From: Tubiluchus corallicola
Lineage: Eukaryota > Animalia > Priapulida
Length of the DNA: 64,000 bases
Direction of reading: 5' to 3'
Assembly (NCBI GenBank): GCA_030141605.1
Contig: JAQGDQ010000350.1
Span: forward strand, 166,098 to 230,097
In this document: in pieces, positions 37,453 to 49,154 of the stretch
Layout: each line of letters begins with the position of its first letter
How positions within the stretch are numbered: the first letter of the stretch is position 1
The notes under the pieces: generated by a model
Database searches by the model: none
What the model was told of the DNA's origin: nothing
Seen by the model: the letters and a program-made list of their open reading frames with translations, nothing else
Translations under genes and position numbers: made by a program

Positions 37453-37539
37453 TACTCTCTTACACTTTTTCTCTTACACTCTTTCTCTCTCTTTCTCCTG
37501 ATCTCTCCCTCTTGCTTTCTCTCTCTCGCTTGCTCTCTT

Positions 37540-37583
<44 letters not shown>

Positions 37584-37749
37584 TCTCTCTCTTTGTCTGT
37601 CTCTCTCTCCCTCTTTCTCTCTGAGTTCTCTCTCCTCTCTCTCTCTCTTTCTCTCTCTATGTCTCTATGTCTCTTTCTCTCTCTCTCTCTTTCTCTTGGT
37701 CTGTCTCTCTCTCTCTTTATCTGTCTCTCTCTCCCTCTTTCTCTCTCAG

Positions 37750-37792
<43 letters not shown>

Positions 37793-37937
37793 ATCTGTCT
37801 CTCTCTCCCTCTTTCTCTCTTAGCTCTCTCTCCTCTGTATCTCTTTCTCTCTCTCTCGCGCTCTTTTTCCTTCTCTTTCGCTCTCTTTCTCTCTATCTTG
37901 CTCTCTTTCTCTCTCTCTCTCTCTTTCTCTCTATCTA

Positions 37938-37971
<34 letters not shown>

Positions 37972-37995
37972 GCTTTCTCTGTCTCTCCCTCTTTT
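37097..37995. repeat. Long imperfect (CT)n polypyrimidine tract; further tracts at ~38420-38460, 38566-38836 and 39852-40035
   Basis: Direct reading; source of the Leu/Ser and Arg/Glu pseudo-ORFs. Confidence 0.95.
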
Positions 37996-38762
37996 TAAAA
38001 ATGACTCATAATACTGCCTAGCTACAACTGTGTTCAATCCTCTTAATCTTTAAAATAAATCAATAGTTCATAAAGTGTCTAGTAATTAAAATATCACTCA
38101 CCCAAGCGGCAGTCAGTGCAAAAGAAATCTGCAAAAACAAAAAGGAAAGAAAAACACACACAAGTATATATGAACAATAAAATAAATAAATTAAAATAAT
38201 GATAACAAAAATTGCAGATCTCTTTCTTCGATTCACGTTCAAGTTTACACGCTGAAAGTATAAACCAGAATGACACTTCTTTGCACGAAGCCTTCCAAAC
38301 TCGCGTAGTCTTGGAAACGCAAACGCGTCTTGAAAACAATGGGCGACTGTCATTGTACTGCGTCTATAGTTTTAATAACTTCCCAACCTTACATATATTA
38401 TGCTATGAAAAATTTGAAAACTCTCTCTCTCTCACTCTGTTTCTCTCTCTCTCCCTCTTTCTCCTACCAACATTCACACAGTTACTCTATCACATTCTTT
38501 GCGAAAATATATATCCAGTGCATGCTAAAACTTTTTATAAATTATGCAAATATTCACTAAACACATCTTTCTCTCTCTCTCTCTCTCTCTTGCTCTCTCT
38601 TTCTCTCGCTCTCTTTCTCTCTCTTTCTTTCTTCTCTCTCTCTTTCTTTCTGTCTCTCTGTCTTTCTCTCGCTCTCTTTCTCTCTCTCTCTTTCTTTATC
38701 TCTCTCTTTCTTTCTGTCTCTCTCTCTTTCTTTCTGTCTCGCTCGCTCTCTCTCTCTCTCTT

Positions 38763-38839
<77 letters not shown>

Positions 38840-40570
38840 ACGTAGTTTTGTGTAGTTTTCGAGCAACAACGGCTCTGATAAATGGTGACAAAAATGTTCA
38901 TTTAGAGAGAAAGGTAATTAAAACAAGTGTTAAGTAATTGTGCGTCTTGTTGTGGACATTACTTTGGTATTATTAGATATGCTGTAAGTGGAGCGGTTTT
39001 GTATTTATTTGAAAAAAAACCTATACTAGAAATAGCCATAATCATAATTAATTACAAGAACCACATGGTCAAACGGGTTTGGCCATTCTTAATTGCCGCC
39101 ATTCTCGCCACGGCCGATTGGGATTGGTCTTTATTCCATAATGACTCTGTTAACGTGCGTTTTGTGTAGACGGAAGTATCCGGACGCTACAACAAGAATT
39201 GAATTTGGCTATTTGATCCTGTGCAGCAAAGGTTATTGTGAGAGAATTTCAGAAAGTAATGGTACAGTTGCACCAGTACCTTTTACTAGCAGCAATCAAG
39301 ATGATCTAAGTGATAAGAGCAAGTTTGTTCATCTGCATAATGAGCTTAATTATTTTGCTCAAAATCAGTTAGAAGCAGGAGTAGCTTTTACTGCCTACTG
39401 TCTCTTATTCATGACTTTTACACATGATTGGAGTAATGCATGTCTACTTGGAGACATTTTAATAATTGTAATATCTTAAAACTCAAAATTGCGCACAATG
39501 TGTCAAAAAGATTATTTTTCGGATATGCATATGATTACTGTGCTCGTGAGATGAGTGTTGAAATTCATGTGATGTATTTTGATGTATTACGTAGAAAATC
39601 TGTCTTAAGTTTAATGAAAAGATTTGATACTAGTGATAATTTAATGGGCCAGAAAATTTTAGTAAGCGATGCTAAATTTACTTCGCACAAAAGACAGCAA
39701 TGGTGGAGACTATTATTGTAATTTTCATGTTTATCTAAGTTGGTGTGTGATTTGTTTGTATTGGGTTTTTGTTTTTATGATATTGTATGTTGTATATATG
39801 TAAATTATAATATGAACTAATGATTTAAATAAAGAACTAAATCAAAATCAAATCTCTTTCTCTCTCTCTCGCTCCCCCTCTCTCTCTTTCTCTTGCTCTC
39901 TCTCCCTCTCTCTCTCTCTTGCTCCCTCTCTCTCGCTCTTTCTCTCTCTCTCTCTCTCTTTTTCTTTCTCACTTTCTTTCTTTCGCTCTCGCTCTCGATG
40001 CAAAGTCTGCACTCTTTCTTTCGCTCTCGCTCTCGATGCAAAGTCTGCAGCACTTTATGATCAACCAATATTTTACTCATCAGAACATATATTGCGGCGA
40101 TCTGTGCAGTTTTATGTAGGGATTCCGTATTTCATGCAAGTGGTATGGGTTCGGTACTCGCACTGGGTATGATAATGTGTAAGTTTAAACCCAAGCCTTT
40201 TACCTTGTACAGGGAGAGTGTGTACACATTTGAATTGTTGCCGAGGTAGATCTGGTTTGTAGGCTAAATCTTAAAGGCATGCTCTTATAATAAGTCACGC
40301 TTGCGTCACGTCACAATGTCTCTTTCGATCAGTGGGGCCTACCCATAACTGCCCTCTGGTGTACTGCGTATGTAAATACTAGCTTTTTCCTTTGCAAATA
40401 CAATGCATTTCCTTATAAATACAATGCATATGTCTTTAAACTTAGACCTTGTTCTAAGCCGAGCAATTGGAAGAAGGAGGTTTAAATTCAGATCCCTAAC
40501 CCCCAGCACCAGTTAAAAAGGATGCAAGTAAAGCAATTCGTTTTAATGAATTTACAAAATGCTTTGGGAG

Positions 40571-41175
40571 TGTCACGGATTCCCGTGATTGAATTCTACT
40601 CTACAGCATTGTAAACTAGTTTATTCCGGTTCTATAACCTTTGCAAATTTATCTAGAGTGATTCAATTAGGTTAACCTTGAGTTAATCATACGGGCTTCA
40701 TTCCGAAGCTATAAATTCCTTCGTCACCATTGTACAGGTGAGCATTTGACGGTTGCTTTTCCTACAAGCAGACGTCAAATGGTCCGCCTAATTCGTTAGG
40801 TGAATTTTTTTCCCCCTTTCTTTAATAGTTTTTTTTGGTTATGTGCTGATGTGTATCTATAATTAGATTTACTGCTGTTATAAGAAGTAACTATGTAATT
40901 GCGACAAATCTTGTGAATTGAATAAACTTTATTTGGGTGGCCACTCCTTTTTAAACCAATGGTTATGCGGTTTTTGTTAAGAGTTAAAATTTAGTCTAAA
41001 TTATGTTTCAGTAACAGCAAACCATTCTAATTATCAACTCGTAGACTTAAGCGTTATGCACCTTTCTCTATAAAAACCATACTAGACTATATACACTTCC
41101 ACGTAATTGTTTAATTAAGAACCAGGCCGACGTCTCTCCCACAAAACATTTATGAAAAAAAGAGCATTTTTCACA
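40571..41175 (+). repeat. 5' LTR (605 bp)
   Basis: tgtcacggattcccgtga...gcatttttcaca. Contains TATAAA (~40710) and AATAAA (40921). Confidence 0.93.
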
Positions 41176-41712
41176 TGGTGCCTCACACCGGTTTTGCTTA
41201 AATTAAATCCGTAAATATTTGAAGTGTGAGCACTTGCTAGGCTGCTTAAATTTTGCAAATTTTGCTGCTGTCCAAAAAGTTCTTTGCCCTCGGGAGGGTT
41301 TTTCATATTTTTATAGTCAGTTTTATAAATTATATGCGCTCGAGTCATTTAGTTTAGCGCTACTGATACAAATAAGCTGACGTTGATAAGACCTGTAGAG
41401 AAGCACAAGGCTTACTATAATAGTAAGATATAACGCTATAACTTGAATCATACGTTTGTTGTATTCTTAATGGTAGCCTTTGGTATTGATTTTATGCTTC
41501 TCGTAAGGCACGTAATTTGTGACAGCAAAACTAAATATTGTAATTTCTACCTTTTATTTTCAGCCTAGCATAGTATATAGTCTGATAACATATTTTATTT
41601 TACAGCTTACTTCGCTGACAAATTTTTTCTACAGGTTTACGAGTTTAACTAGGACGTTTTGCTGTACAGCTTAAATCTAGGTCATTTTTGTTTATAGCTG
41701 TAGCATAGGCTC

Positions 41713-43019
41713 CAGGGCACTTTATTTATGACTTTAGTCATAAATTGCATAAATAGCTTATTTAATACTAATTTCAGATTTTATTTATGACTATTTATGA
41801 CGTGTCAAATTTTGATCAAAAATGCCATCCTGAGCTAAAAGAAATACATATTTTTAATCAGAATCTTGTATTTTGCCTTTCTTCGTTCTTCATTACATTA
41901 AAATGTAATAAAAATGTCTACTTTCATCATTCCAAGGCCTGAAGTTTCTCGTATTGTTTTGCATGCAGGCATCCCTCCAGACTGAAATCCGTGATCGTGT
42001 TTATAATAATTATAGTATCGGTTTTAATTTGTTTAGGATGACCTATAAAATTACTGCTCATAAAAATCAATCTATTAATTAATTCGTACAGTCACAATTC
42101 GTAGCCACAATTAGTACAAGTAAATAATGTATTTTTTAAATATCGATTTTAAATTTAATGTTGGAAAATACTATTGGCTATTACATCTTTCTAGGGAACC
42201 GTCACGTATGTTTTCTAATTAAAATTACATTAAGCAAAATAACTAAACAAGAAAAACAGTTAAATTTTAATGACAATGAAGCAACAAATTCTCCCAAAGA
42301 TAAAATATGCTCAAATTCTAGCAGACGGCATTATTCTTATTTCTTGAGGATGAGGCAGTAAGGCACGGGAAACGCTTGCGGCAAACTCGAGCTAAAACCT
42401 ACACCCAAGCCATTGACTTACGCCGCTTAGGGGTAAGCATCGAAGTTCGGTTCGATTCGAATTCGAAAGTCACAAATTCGGTTCGATTCGAATTCGCTTT
42501 CTGGTAGAGAATGCTCACCCCTAACGCCGCTAGGATGAGAAAGGCACTGAAATGAACGTGCAAAGAAAAGAATTAGAAGTGTAGATTTCTGTTATTGTGC
42601 AGAGCGTAGGTTTGAGGCGGCAGAACTTTAGGACATTAAAATAGGTAAGCTGTCTTTAATTCAAATTTTCGATGGAACGACAACGATTCTGTCGGTGCCT
42701 ATTTATTTTTTCGCGGTAACGCGCTCATTTACTTTTTATTATTTAGGTTACTTCTAGACGAGTTAATGACAGATAAACGCATCAGTTAGACAGTCTCAGT
42801 TACTGTGTTAGTCCACCAAACAGTCACGCGCAAGCTTCTTATGGACTGCCTGTGTGTGTGGGAGAGAGAGAGACGGTGGAAACAGTTTTCTGTACTGAAT
42901 TTTTTGTTCCATTCATCGGGAAATGATTATTTTTCTTTCGTTATTTATGACAAATTTGAAATCTTATTTATGACTATTTATGACTATTTTGCAAGAAAAG
43001 TCATAAATAAAGTGCCCTG
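41713..43019. mobile_element. hAT-like non-autonomous element inserted in the retrotransposon leader
   Basis: Perfect 23-bp TIR cagggcactttatttatgacttt / aaagtcataaataaagtgccctg, with subterminal tttatgac repeats. The TSD is not clean: agcatag occurs on both sides but offset. Confidence 0.8.
42428..42523. mobile_element. 96-bp hAT-type MITE nested in the larger MITE
   Basis: TIR taggggtaagcat / atgctcaccccta. Perfect 8-bp TSD acgccgct (42420-42427, 42524-42531). Internal ttcggttcgattcgaattcg occurs twice. Confidence 0.85.
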
Positions 43020-43217
43020 AGCATAGCGTACCGGCTCCAAGGTCAAAGGCTGGAAAAGGTCGCAGCGTTTATACAGCACATAACTAACTAGTACTAGAAA
43101 TATTCATTTTTATTTGATTGCGTATAGTTTGTGTACCTTTTAAGGTTTGATAAAATTGATTGATTGTTAAACGTGATTGTTCATCTTGTGTCCTAATCCT
43201 ATTACTTTACAGCATAC

Positions 43218-46200
43218 ATGTCTATACAGACTCGTAGTAAAACGGCTAAGATGGAAAAAGCGTTAAAAAGTACATATGAATCAGGAGACGAACAACATCT
43301 TTCTGATACTGAAACTGAATTTGAGGCAGAAACTTTGGATCAAACTTCATCTGTTGATCCGCTTCCCTCAGATGGTTATCAAGGGGTTAAACCTAAGAAG
43401 CCTGTTGTTACTGTCACTACTACTGACACGCTAGCTTCGACGACAGCGGCTAAACCTGTAACTACGGGTACGGCTACAATTACTACTACAGCTATTCCTT
43501 TGCTGCCTACTTCGAATCCTGCAGCTGCGATGAAAATCGAACCCCAGCAAGTGGCGGCCAACGCTAGACTTTCTTCTTTTATGCTTATCCGAGCCAAACA
43601 AATTGAACAAATACACAAAGATGAACTAGAAGCCAACACTCTTATCTCAGCTTCTTCTAGTGTTATCTCACGAAACCCCAGTCAATATTTACAGCGGGTT
43701 AAAACTTGCATAGCCTCACTCAAGGCCAGACTTCAGAAGATAGACCAATTGTCAGAATCGATCTTGCAACTATCGGACCCCCACTCTGTGCTTGAGCTTA
43801 CTGCACGCTATACAGATGAAGACATCTTACTGTCTAACCATGTGACTTCTCTGATTGCCCAATTAGACATTAAGACTGACAGTGACTTACGAACTAGCAT
43901 CTCACCTCAGTCACCAACTCCATTTCATCAGTCATCATTCAGTTCACCGCATGCTTATAGTAGAATTCCTAAACTTGAGATTAAACCATTTAACGGAAAT
44001 ATACTTGAATGGCAAACCTTTTGGTCAATGTTTTCTGATGTTGTTGATTCTAATCCTGATCTATCTAAAGTTCAAAAATTTCAGCATTTAAAATCTAAAC
44101 TTACAGGTGTTGCTGCTCGCGCAGTCGAGGGTTACATAGTTAATGATTCTAATTATTCTACTGTTATTGATTTATTGAAAGACAGGTTCGGCTGCCACGA
44201 AACGATTATTCAGCGGCATCACAAGGAGTTGACACACCTAGAAAAGTGTGGTGATGGTTTAAAAAATTTACGCAGGTTTTTGGATAAAATCGAAGTTCAT
44301 CTCAGATCCATTGAGAGTACAGGTCGCAGCGTTGATAGTTCCTTTGTTGTACCGCTTATAGCCGAGAAACTTCCATATAAGGTGCTTTCGGCTATTCAAA
44401 CGACAAAAGACATGACTAAGTCCAAATCGTGGTCAGTGGAAGAGTTACGTAATAGCTTGCGTGACTATGTGATACGACTGGAAGCTTTAGAAGAACAGCT
44501 TCACCGTCAACCTTCCACCCCTTCGTCATGGAAATCGGATCGTCCTAAGCCGGCTAGCACTACTAGAAATGACAGCGTGCTGCAGGCGGTGGATCGACCA
44601 GCTAATGCTGTTAAACGTCCAGGGAATTTCAACAGAGGTAAGCGCTCCTTTTGTACTTACTGCAAAAGTTCTGGACACTTTAATGATGACTGTGATGTTT
44701 ATACAACTATTTCTGCTCGAAAATCTTTGCTAGTTAATCGTTGTTTGAAATGTTTAAATGATAGTCATTATTCTTCACAGTGTAAATCATCAGGATTTTG
44801 TGCATACTGCAAAGTTCCTGGTCACCACAGAAGCCTCTGTCCGAAGCGTTACCCTCAGGGCAATGTAGAACACAAGAAGTTATCCCAGCAACAATCTTCG
44901 AAGAAACCTTTACTGTCTCAGACAGCTTCCGAAAACGCTCTATACTCATCTGAAGAACGTGTTTTTCTGTTGACAGCTTCCTGCGTTCTTGGCAACCCTT
45001 TTTCGGATGCCAAATTACCCACGCGCTGCTGGATGGATACAGGGAGTCAATGTTCTTACATGACAATGCAGTTTGCCCAACAGCTAGGTCTCAATCTCGG
45101 TAAACTTGATCATCTCTACCTTGGCACCTTCGGCACTAATAGTGTGCAAAGAGTACCTTGCTATACTTCCAGAGTGAACATGCTTACCAAAGACAACAAA
45201 ACTTTACCGATGGTAGTCCGTGTTGTTGAGACAATCTCTCCCGCCACTCATCGTCTAGTTTTGCCTAATGACATCTCAAATTACCTGAACCGTACTTATG
45301 GGCCATCTTTGGCTGACGACTTCTGTAATACTGACGGCACTTTAACCCGAATTGATTTTCTCCTTGGCAACGACTATTTTTTCGAGATACTTAAACCATT
45401 AAAAATAGAAGTTATACCAGGATTTTATCTCTTTGATTCTCACCTTGGGTATATTCTTGGAGGCAGAATACCCAATTATCAAATCCTTGAAACTACACCG
45501 CCCCACAAATCCAGTCTTTTGTGCTTTGAACCAGGCGTGAGAACTGATGGTCTAGACGAGCCTCATAATTCTACTAATATTTTTGAAACAGTTTTTGCTA
45601 GCTTTGACCACCAAAATAAAAGCAAACCCATTGATGTTGATGTAGACAGGTTCTGGGAATTGGATACAATTGGCATTTCTGACTGTCCTACCAATTCTGG
45701 TGATGTGGAAGCGGAGAAAAATTTCAAAAACACTATAGAGTACAGAGAAGGAAGATATTACGTTTCATGGCCTTGGAGAAAGAGACAAGAGGTGCTACCA
45801 GATAATTATGCTCTGTCAATTGGTATGTTAAAATCTTGTTTGCGCAGACTCTCCTCCAAACCAGAGTTGTTGGAGAAGTATCATGGTATTATTCAGGAAC
45901 AACTTGGCAAGGGAATAATCGAACTTGTGACAGATGACACTATCACAGGTAACACATTACATTATCTTCCTCACCACCCAGTGATAACACCACAGCGTGC
46001 TAGCACAAAGATACGTATTGTGTATAACGCATCAGCTAAAGCTAATAAGGCTAGTCCTTCTCTCAACGAATGTTTATATAGAGGAACTGTACTTATGCCT
46101 GACCTATGTGGGATTTTATTACGTTTCAGGATGCATCCGTATGCTATTGTTAGTGATATCGAAAAGGCATTTTTGGCGGTAGGTCTTTTAGAGCCTGACC

Positions 46201-49154
46201 GTGATGTTACACGTTTTTTATGGATTAAAAACCCTAGTAATGTGAGTGTCACACCTGATAACCTACAAATTTTTCGTTTCCAGAGGGTCCCGTTCGGCAT
46301 TCTTTGTTCACCGCATCTTCTATCAGGGACTGTACGATATCATTTACAAAAAATGGAAAACCAGGTACCTGCTGCTAAATTGATTTTACCAAATATCTAT
46401 GTCGATAATGTCATTTTAGGCGTGAATTCCACAGAAGAGGCAACTTCTTTTTACTTTCAAGCAAAACAACTGTTCTCCTCTGCATCGATGAACCTTCGTC
46501 AATGGGGATCCAACAACAAAGACTTCATCGACTTGGTTCCAAAGGATGACAAAGTTCAATCCACGGAGATCAAAGTACTAGGTTTGAAGTGGAACACAGA
46601 AACGGATACGTTAAGTATTTCTCATAAGCTGCTTCCTAATTTACATAACAGTGTTACTAAACGTGAAATTTTAAAGCAAGTTGCTTGTTACTTTGACCCA
46701 CTTGGACTTTTTAGTGCAATTACCCTTAATGCTAAATTGTTTCTTGCAGAACTTTGGAAACTAAAATATGACTGGGATACTTCTTTGAGTCCTGAATTGG
46801 CTGAACGTTGGTTTGATATAGCTGACCATTTGTGTAATATAGTGTTAATAAATTTTCCTAGATGCATTTGTTTTGATCCTATTAATGTTTTGCACTTTGA
46901 GCTCGCTTGTTTTGCAGACGCTTCAGCAGTTGCTTACAGCGCTGTAATTTATCTTCGCCAGCTACATCATGACGGCACTATTCGCACAGATTTGGTCTTC
47001 ACCAAGACAAGACTGGCTCCAAAGAACACAACAATACCCAGGATGGAGTTGTTGGGAGTTCTAATCTGCGCGAGAGCTGCCAACTTTGTTCGAGAACAGT
47101 TGAAGATAAGTGATGTTATATGCACTATTCTTACTGATTCACAGTGCGTTTTGCACTGGCTTCGCTCAAGTAAACCACTGAGTACATTTGTTACTAACAG
47201 AGTAAGTGAATTACGCAGCTACAATGATATGATTTTTCGCTATATACCGTCTGAAAACAACATTGCAGACTTTGCCACTAAACCAAATTCTGGTGTTCTT
47301 AATGAGACCTGGTTTAATGGTCCTGAATTTTTACTTCACGAAAAATCATTGTGGCCTTCTAGTGATCTTCCACCTGTTAATTCAGACGAGTTAAAGCAAA
47401 TCGAGTCAGAAATTAAACTTAATGATTCTTGTACTTTTGCTAAATTTGAATCGTCACTCATGACTGTCGATGCAAATAAGGTAGATCTTACCGTGATTCC
47501 ATTGTCTAACCATTCTTCATTTGTCAGGCTGGTTCGTGTTACATGCCTTGTTCTGAAAGCCATCAGGAAATTTCGTCGTGATCCAGATACGTCTCATCGC
47601 ATCACCTCTCGTGATATGGAACACGCCACCTTGATGTGGGTAAGGCATACTCAATCAGCATTTACACCTGAACAAATAAGGAACTTCCAAAACCTTGGCC
47701 CAATGGTCGATAATGATGGAATAATCAGATGCTGTGGTCGACTTGGTAATCTGGACACCTATGGCTCACGAAAACCTGCGTTGTTACCAAAGGACCACCC
47801 CTTTACTCTGCTTCTGGTAAGACACTACCATGTAACTCATTTGCATGTTGGAGCAGCTCAAACGTTAGCTCTGATACGTAAAAAGTACTGGATACCATCA
47901 GGACGCACTGCTGTCCGTAGTGTACTTTCTAAATGCACCATATGTCGTAAAGTCGAAGGAGGTCCTTTCCGTTTACCTAAAATGGCCGACCTACCTTCAA
48001 CCCGTTTGTTTGAAAGTCGGTGTTTTCAATACACTGGACTAGATTATATGGGACCAGTGATCACAAAAGAATTTTATGGCGGCAGTTCTAAGCCAATTTA
48101 TGAAAAAGCTTGGATTTGTTTGTTCACCTGCCTTACAACCAGAGCAGTACATCTAGAATTAGTAAATAATCTAACAGCTGAACATTTTCTTATGTGTTTG
48201 CGCCGTTTTTTTGGTAGACGTGGATTGCCAGATATTATAATTTCGGATAATTTCTCGTCCTTCAAACTTGCCAAGCAAACGGTTACATACATTTTTGAAA
48301 ATGCAATTCTAGATTTTTCAGCTTGCAAGGGTGTAGAGTGGAAATTCATCACACAGTTATCACCATGGACTGGCGGATTTTTCGAACGGTTAGTTGCTTT
48401 GGTGAAGCGTTCTTTGAGAAAGGTAATCGGTAATCATCCTCTTTCACATGTACATCTCAATACTTTGCTTATTGAAATAGAAAATGTTATCAATAATAGG
48501 CCTCTTACTTATATTGATGCTGACATAAATTCTACTCATGCTCTAACTCCTTCAGATTTTCTTAATCAGCAGATCTTGCACACTATGCCTGAGATGCACT
48601 ACAGTGATCCAGACTTTACAGTTGGTAAAGAAACCTCAGCACAGAAGTTACTTGCCTTATGGAAGAAAGGTCAACGGATCCTTAGCAATTTCTGGGCAAT
48701 CTGGAAAGATGAGTATCTTCTCAGTCTTAGAGAACAGCATCGCAAATATATTTCTCAACCTAAGGTAACCGTTCCGTTTACTCCTTGTATAGGGGATGTA
48801 GTACTGGTAGAAGACCAAAACCTTCCACGAGGACAGTGGCGCCTTGGCAAAGTTCTTAAATTGAAGCCTAGTGCAGATGGCTTAATTCGTAATGTTGAAA
48901 TTCTTGTTAATGGTTCCACTTTGAACAGAAATATTAAATGTCTGTACCCCCTTGAATGTCATTTTCATAACTCATCTCATACGACTTTGACAGACGTTTC
49001 GACTGAACACGTGTCTTGTCTTAACAAGAATGATGATGCTGCTTCCATTTCAGATGCGGATTCTTCACCTCTACCTGTCAGCGAACGTCCAAAGAGAAGC
49101 CGCCAAAAAGGCAAGAAAATGGCTAACAGATGTCAGCACCGACTTATTATCTAG
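43218..49154 (+). CDS. Bel/Pao Gag-Pol polyprotein, 1978 aa, uninterrupted
   Basis: Gag (PKLEIKPFNGNILEW), three Cys/His knuckles, aspartic protease DTGS, RT (YLPHHPV, DIEKAF, YVDN), RNase H (FADAS, TDSQ, NIAD) and integrase (HH-CC, DYMGP, SDN, GFFERLV). Domain order PR-RT-RH-IN. Confidence 0.96.
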   Translation: MSIQTRSKTAKMEKALKSTYESGDEQHLSDTETEFEAETLDQTSSVDPLPSDGYQGVKPKKPVVTVTTTDTLASTTAAKPVTTGTATITTTAIPLLPTSNPAAAMKIEPQQVAANARLSSFMLIRAKQIEQIHKDELEANTLISASSSVISRNPSQYLQRVKTCIASLKARLQKIDQLSESILQLSDPHSVLELTARYTDEDILLSNHVTSLIAQLDIKTDSDLRTSISPQSPTPFHQSSFSSPHAYSRIPKLEIKPFNGNILEWQTFWSMFSDVVDSNPDLSKVQKFQHLKSKLTGVAARAVEGYIVNDSNYSTVIDLLKDRFGCHETIIQRHHKELTHLEKCGDGLKNLRRFLDKIEVHLRSIESTGRSVDSSFVVPLIAEKLPYKVLSAIQTTKDMTKSKSWSVEELRNSLRDYVIRLEALEEQLHRQPSTPSSWKSDRPKPASTTRNDSVLQAVDRPANAVKRPGNFNRGKRSFCTYCKSSGHFNDDCDVYTTISARKSLLVNRCLKCLNDSHYSSQCKSSGFCAYCKVPGHHRSLCPKRYPQGNVEHKKLSQQQSSKKPLLSQTASENALYSSEERVFLLTASCVLGNPFSDAKLPTRCWMDTGSQCSYMTMQFAQQLGLNLGKLDHLYLGTFGTNSVQRVPCYTSRVNMLTKDNKTLPMVVRVVETISPATHRLVLPNDISNYLNRTYGPSLADDFCNTDGTLTRIDFLLGNDYFFEILKPLKIEVIPGFYLFDSHLGYILGGRIPNYQILETTPPHKSSLLCFEPGVRTDGLDEPHNSTNIFETVFASFDHQNKSKPIDVDVDRFWELDTIGISDCPTNSGDVEAEKNFKNTIEYREGRYYVSWPWRKRQEVLPDNYALSIGMLKSCLRRLSSKPELLEKYHGIIQEQLGKGIIELVTDDTITGNTLHYLPHHPVITPQRASTKIRIVYNASAKANKASPSLNECLYRGTVLMPDLCGILLRFRMHPYAIVSDIEKAFLAVGLLEPDRDVTRFLWIKNPSNVSVTPDNLQIFRFQRVPFGILCSPHLLSGTVRYHLQKMENQVPAAKLILPNIYVDNVILGVNSTEEATSFYFQAKQLFSSASMNLRQWGSNNKDFIDLVPKDDKVQSTEIKVLGLKWNTETDTLSISHKLLPNLHNSVTKREILKQVACYFDPLGLFSAITLNAKLFLAELWKLKYDWDTSLSPELAERWFDIADHLCNIVLINFPRCICFDPINVLHFELACFADASAVAYSAVIYLRQLHHDGTIRTDLVFTKTRLAPKNTTIPRMELLGVLICARAANFVREQLKISDVICTILTDSQCVLHWLRSSKPLSTFVTNRVSELRSYNDMIFRYIPSENNIADFATKPNSGVLNETWFNGPEFLLHEKSLWPSSDLPPVNSDELKQIESEIKLNDSCTFAKFESSLMTVDANKVDLTVIPLSNHSSFVRLVRVTCLVLKAIRKFRRDPDTSHRITSRDMEHATLMWVRHTQSAFTPEQIRNFQNLGPMVDNDGIIRCCGRLGNLDTYGSRKPALLPKDHPFTLLLVRHYHVTHLHVGAAQTLALIRKKYWIPSGRTAVRSVLSKCTICRKVEGGPFRLPKMADLPSTRLFESRCFQYTGLDYMGPVITKEFYGGSSKPIYEKAWICLFTCLTTRAVHLELVNNLTAEHFLMCLRRFFGRRGLPDIIISDNFSSFKLAKQTVTYIFENAILDFSACKGVEWKFITQLSPWTGGFFERLVALVKRSLRKVIGNHPLSHVHLNTLLIEIENVINNRPLTYIDADINSTHALTPSDFLNQQILHTMPEMHYSDPDFTVGKETSAQKLLALWKKGQRILSNFWAIWKDEYLLSLREQHRKYISQPKVTVPFTPCIGDVVLVEDQNLPRGQWRLGKVLKLKPSADGLIRNVEILVNGSTLNRNIKCLYPLECHFHNSSHTTLTDVSTEHVSCLNKNDDAASISDADSSPLPVSERPKRSRQKGKKMANRCQHRLII

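Noticed and set aside
37098-40119. Long Leu/Ser- or Arg/Glu-rich ORFs
   Set aside because: Translations of (CT)n/(GA)n tracts.
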